Assembly: GCA_002633005.1 (NCBI GenBank)
Contig: NMRA01000550.1
Coordinates: 184,134 to 248,133, forward strand
From: Phoronis australis
Taxonomy: Eukaryota; Animalia; Phoronida
Length of the DNA stretch: 64,000 nt
Direction of reading: 5' to 3'
The translations under genes and the position numbers were made by a program. Position 1 is the first letter of the stretch. Each line of letters starts with the position of its first letter. The notes beneath the pieces are model-generated. The model worked only from the letters and a program-made list of their open reading frames with translations. It was not told the DNA's origin and searched no databases. Positions 63,920 through 64,000 of this stretch are shown here, one piece after another.

Positions 63920-64000
63920 CTGTAAAGAATTACAGTCAACCCGTCAGGTGCAATATCAACCAAATAAGAAACTGTTCCATAACAAACAATGTGTTTCCTG

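Overview
Eukaryotic, intron-rich, AT-rich animal DNA, most likely a marine invertebrate; the species cannot be determined from the sequence. Three genes were rebuilt exon by exon with consistent GT-AG phases. (1) A USP19-like deubiquitinase on the minus strand: ATG at 24082, two CS domains plus the USP Cys box, running off the left edge. (2) A complete CBLL1/Hakai gene on the plus strand (24385-32713, 6 exons, about 459 aa), head-to-head with USP19 across about 300 bp. (3) The 3' 27 exons of a laminin beta chain on the minus strand (63919 to stop at 36369). Introns hold many mobile elements: a short LTR element with tRNA-like LTRs inserted into a splice donor, a solo LTR with clustered heat-shock elements, CAG...CTG elements with 5-bp TSD-like flanks, a Penelope GIY-YIG fragment nested in a piggyBac-like shell, a Penelope-type hammerhead ribozyme, an RTE-X-like LINE remnant, MITEs and minisatellites. 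Most notable are the USP19-CBLL1-LAMB order matching two human laminin-beta paralogons, tandem repeats anchored on splice sites (one could add 84 aa in frame to laminin), a 6x DPR repeat in Hakai and the HSE-rich LTR. All calls are by eye; no searches were run.
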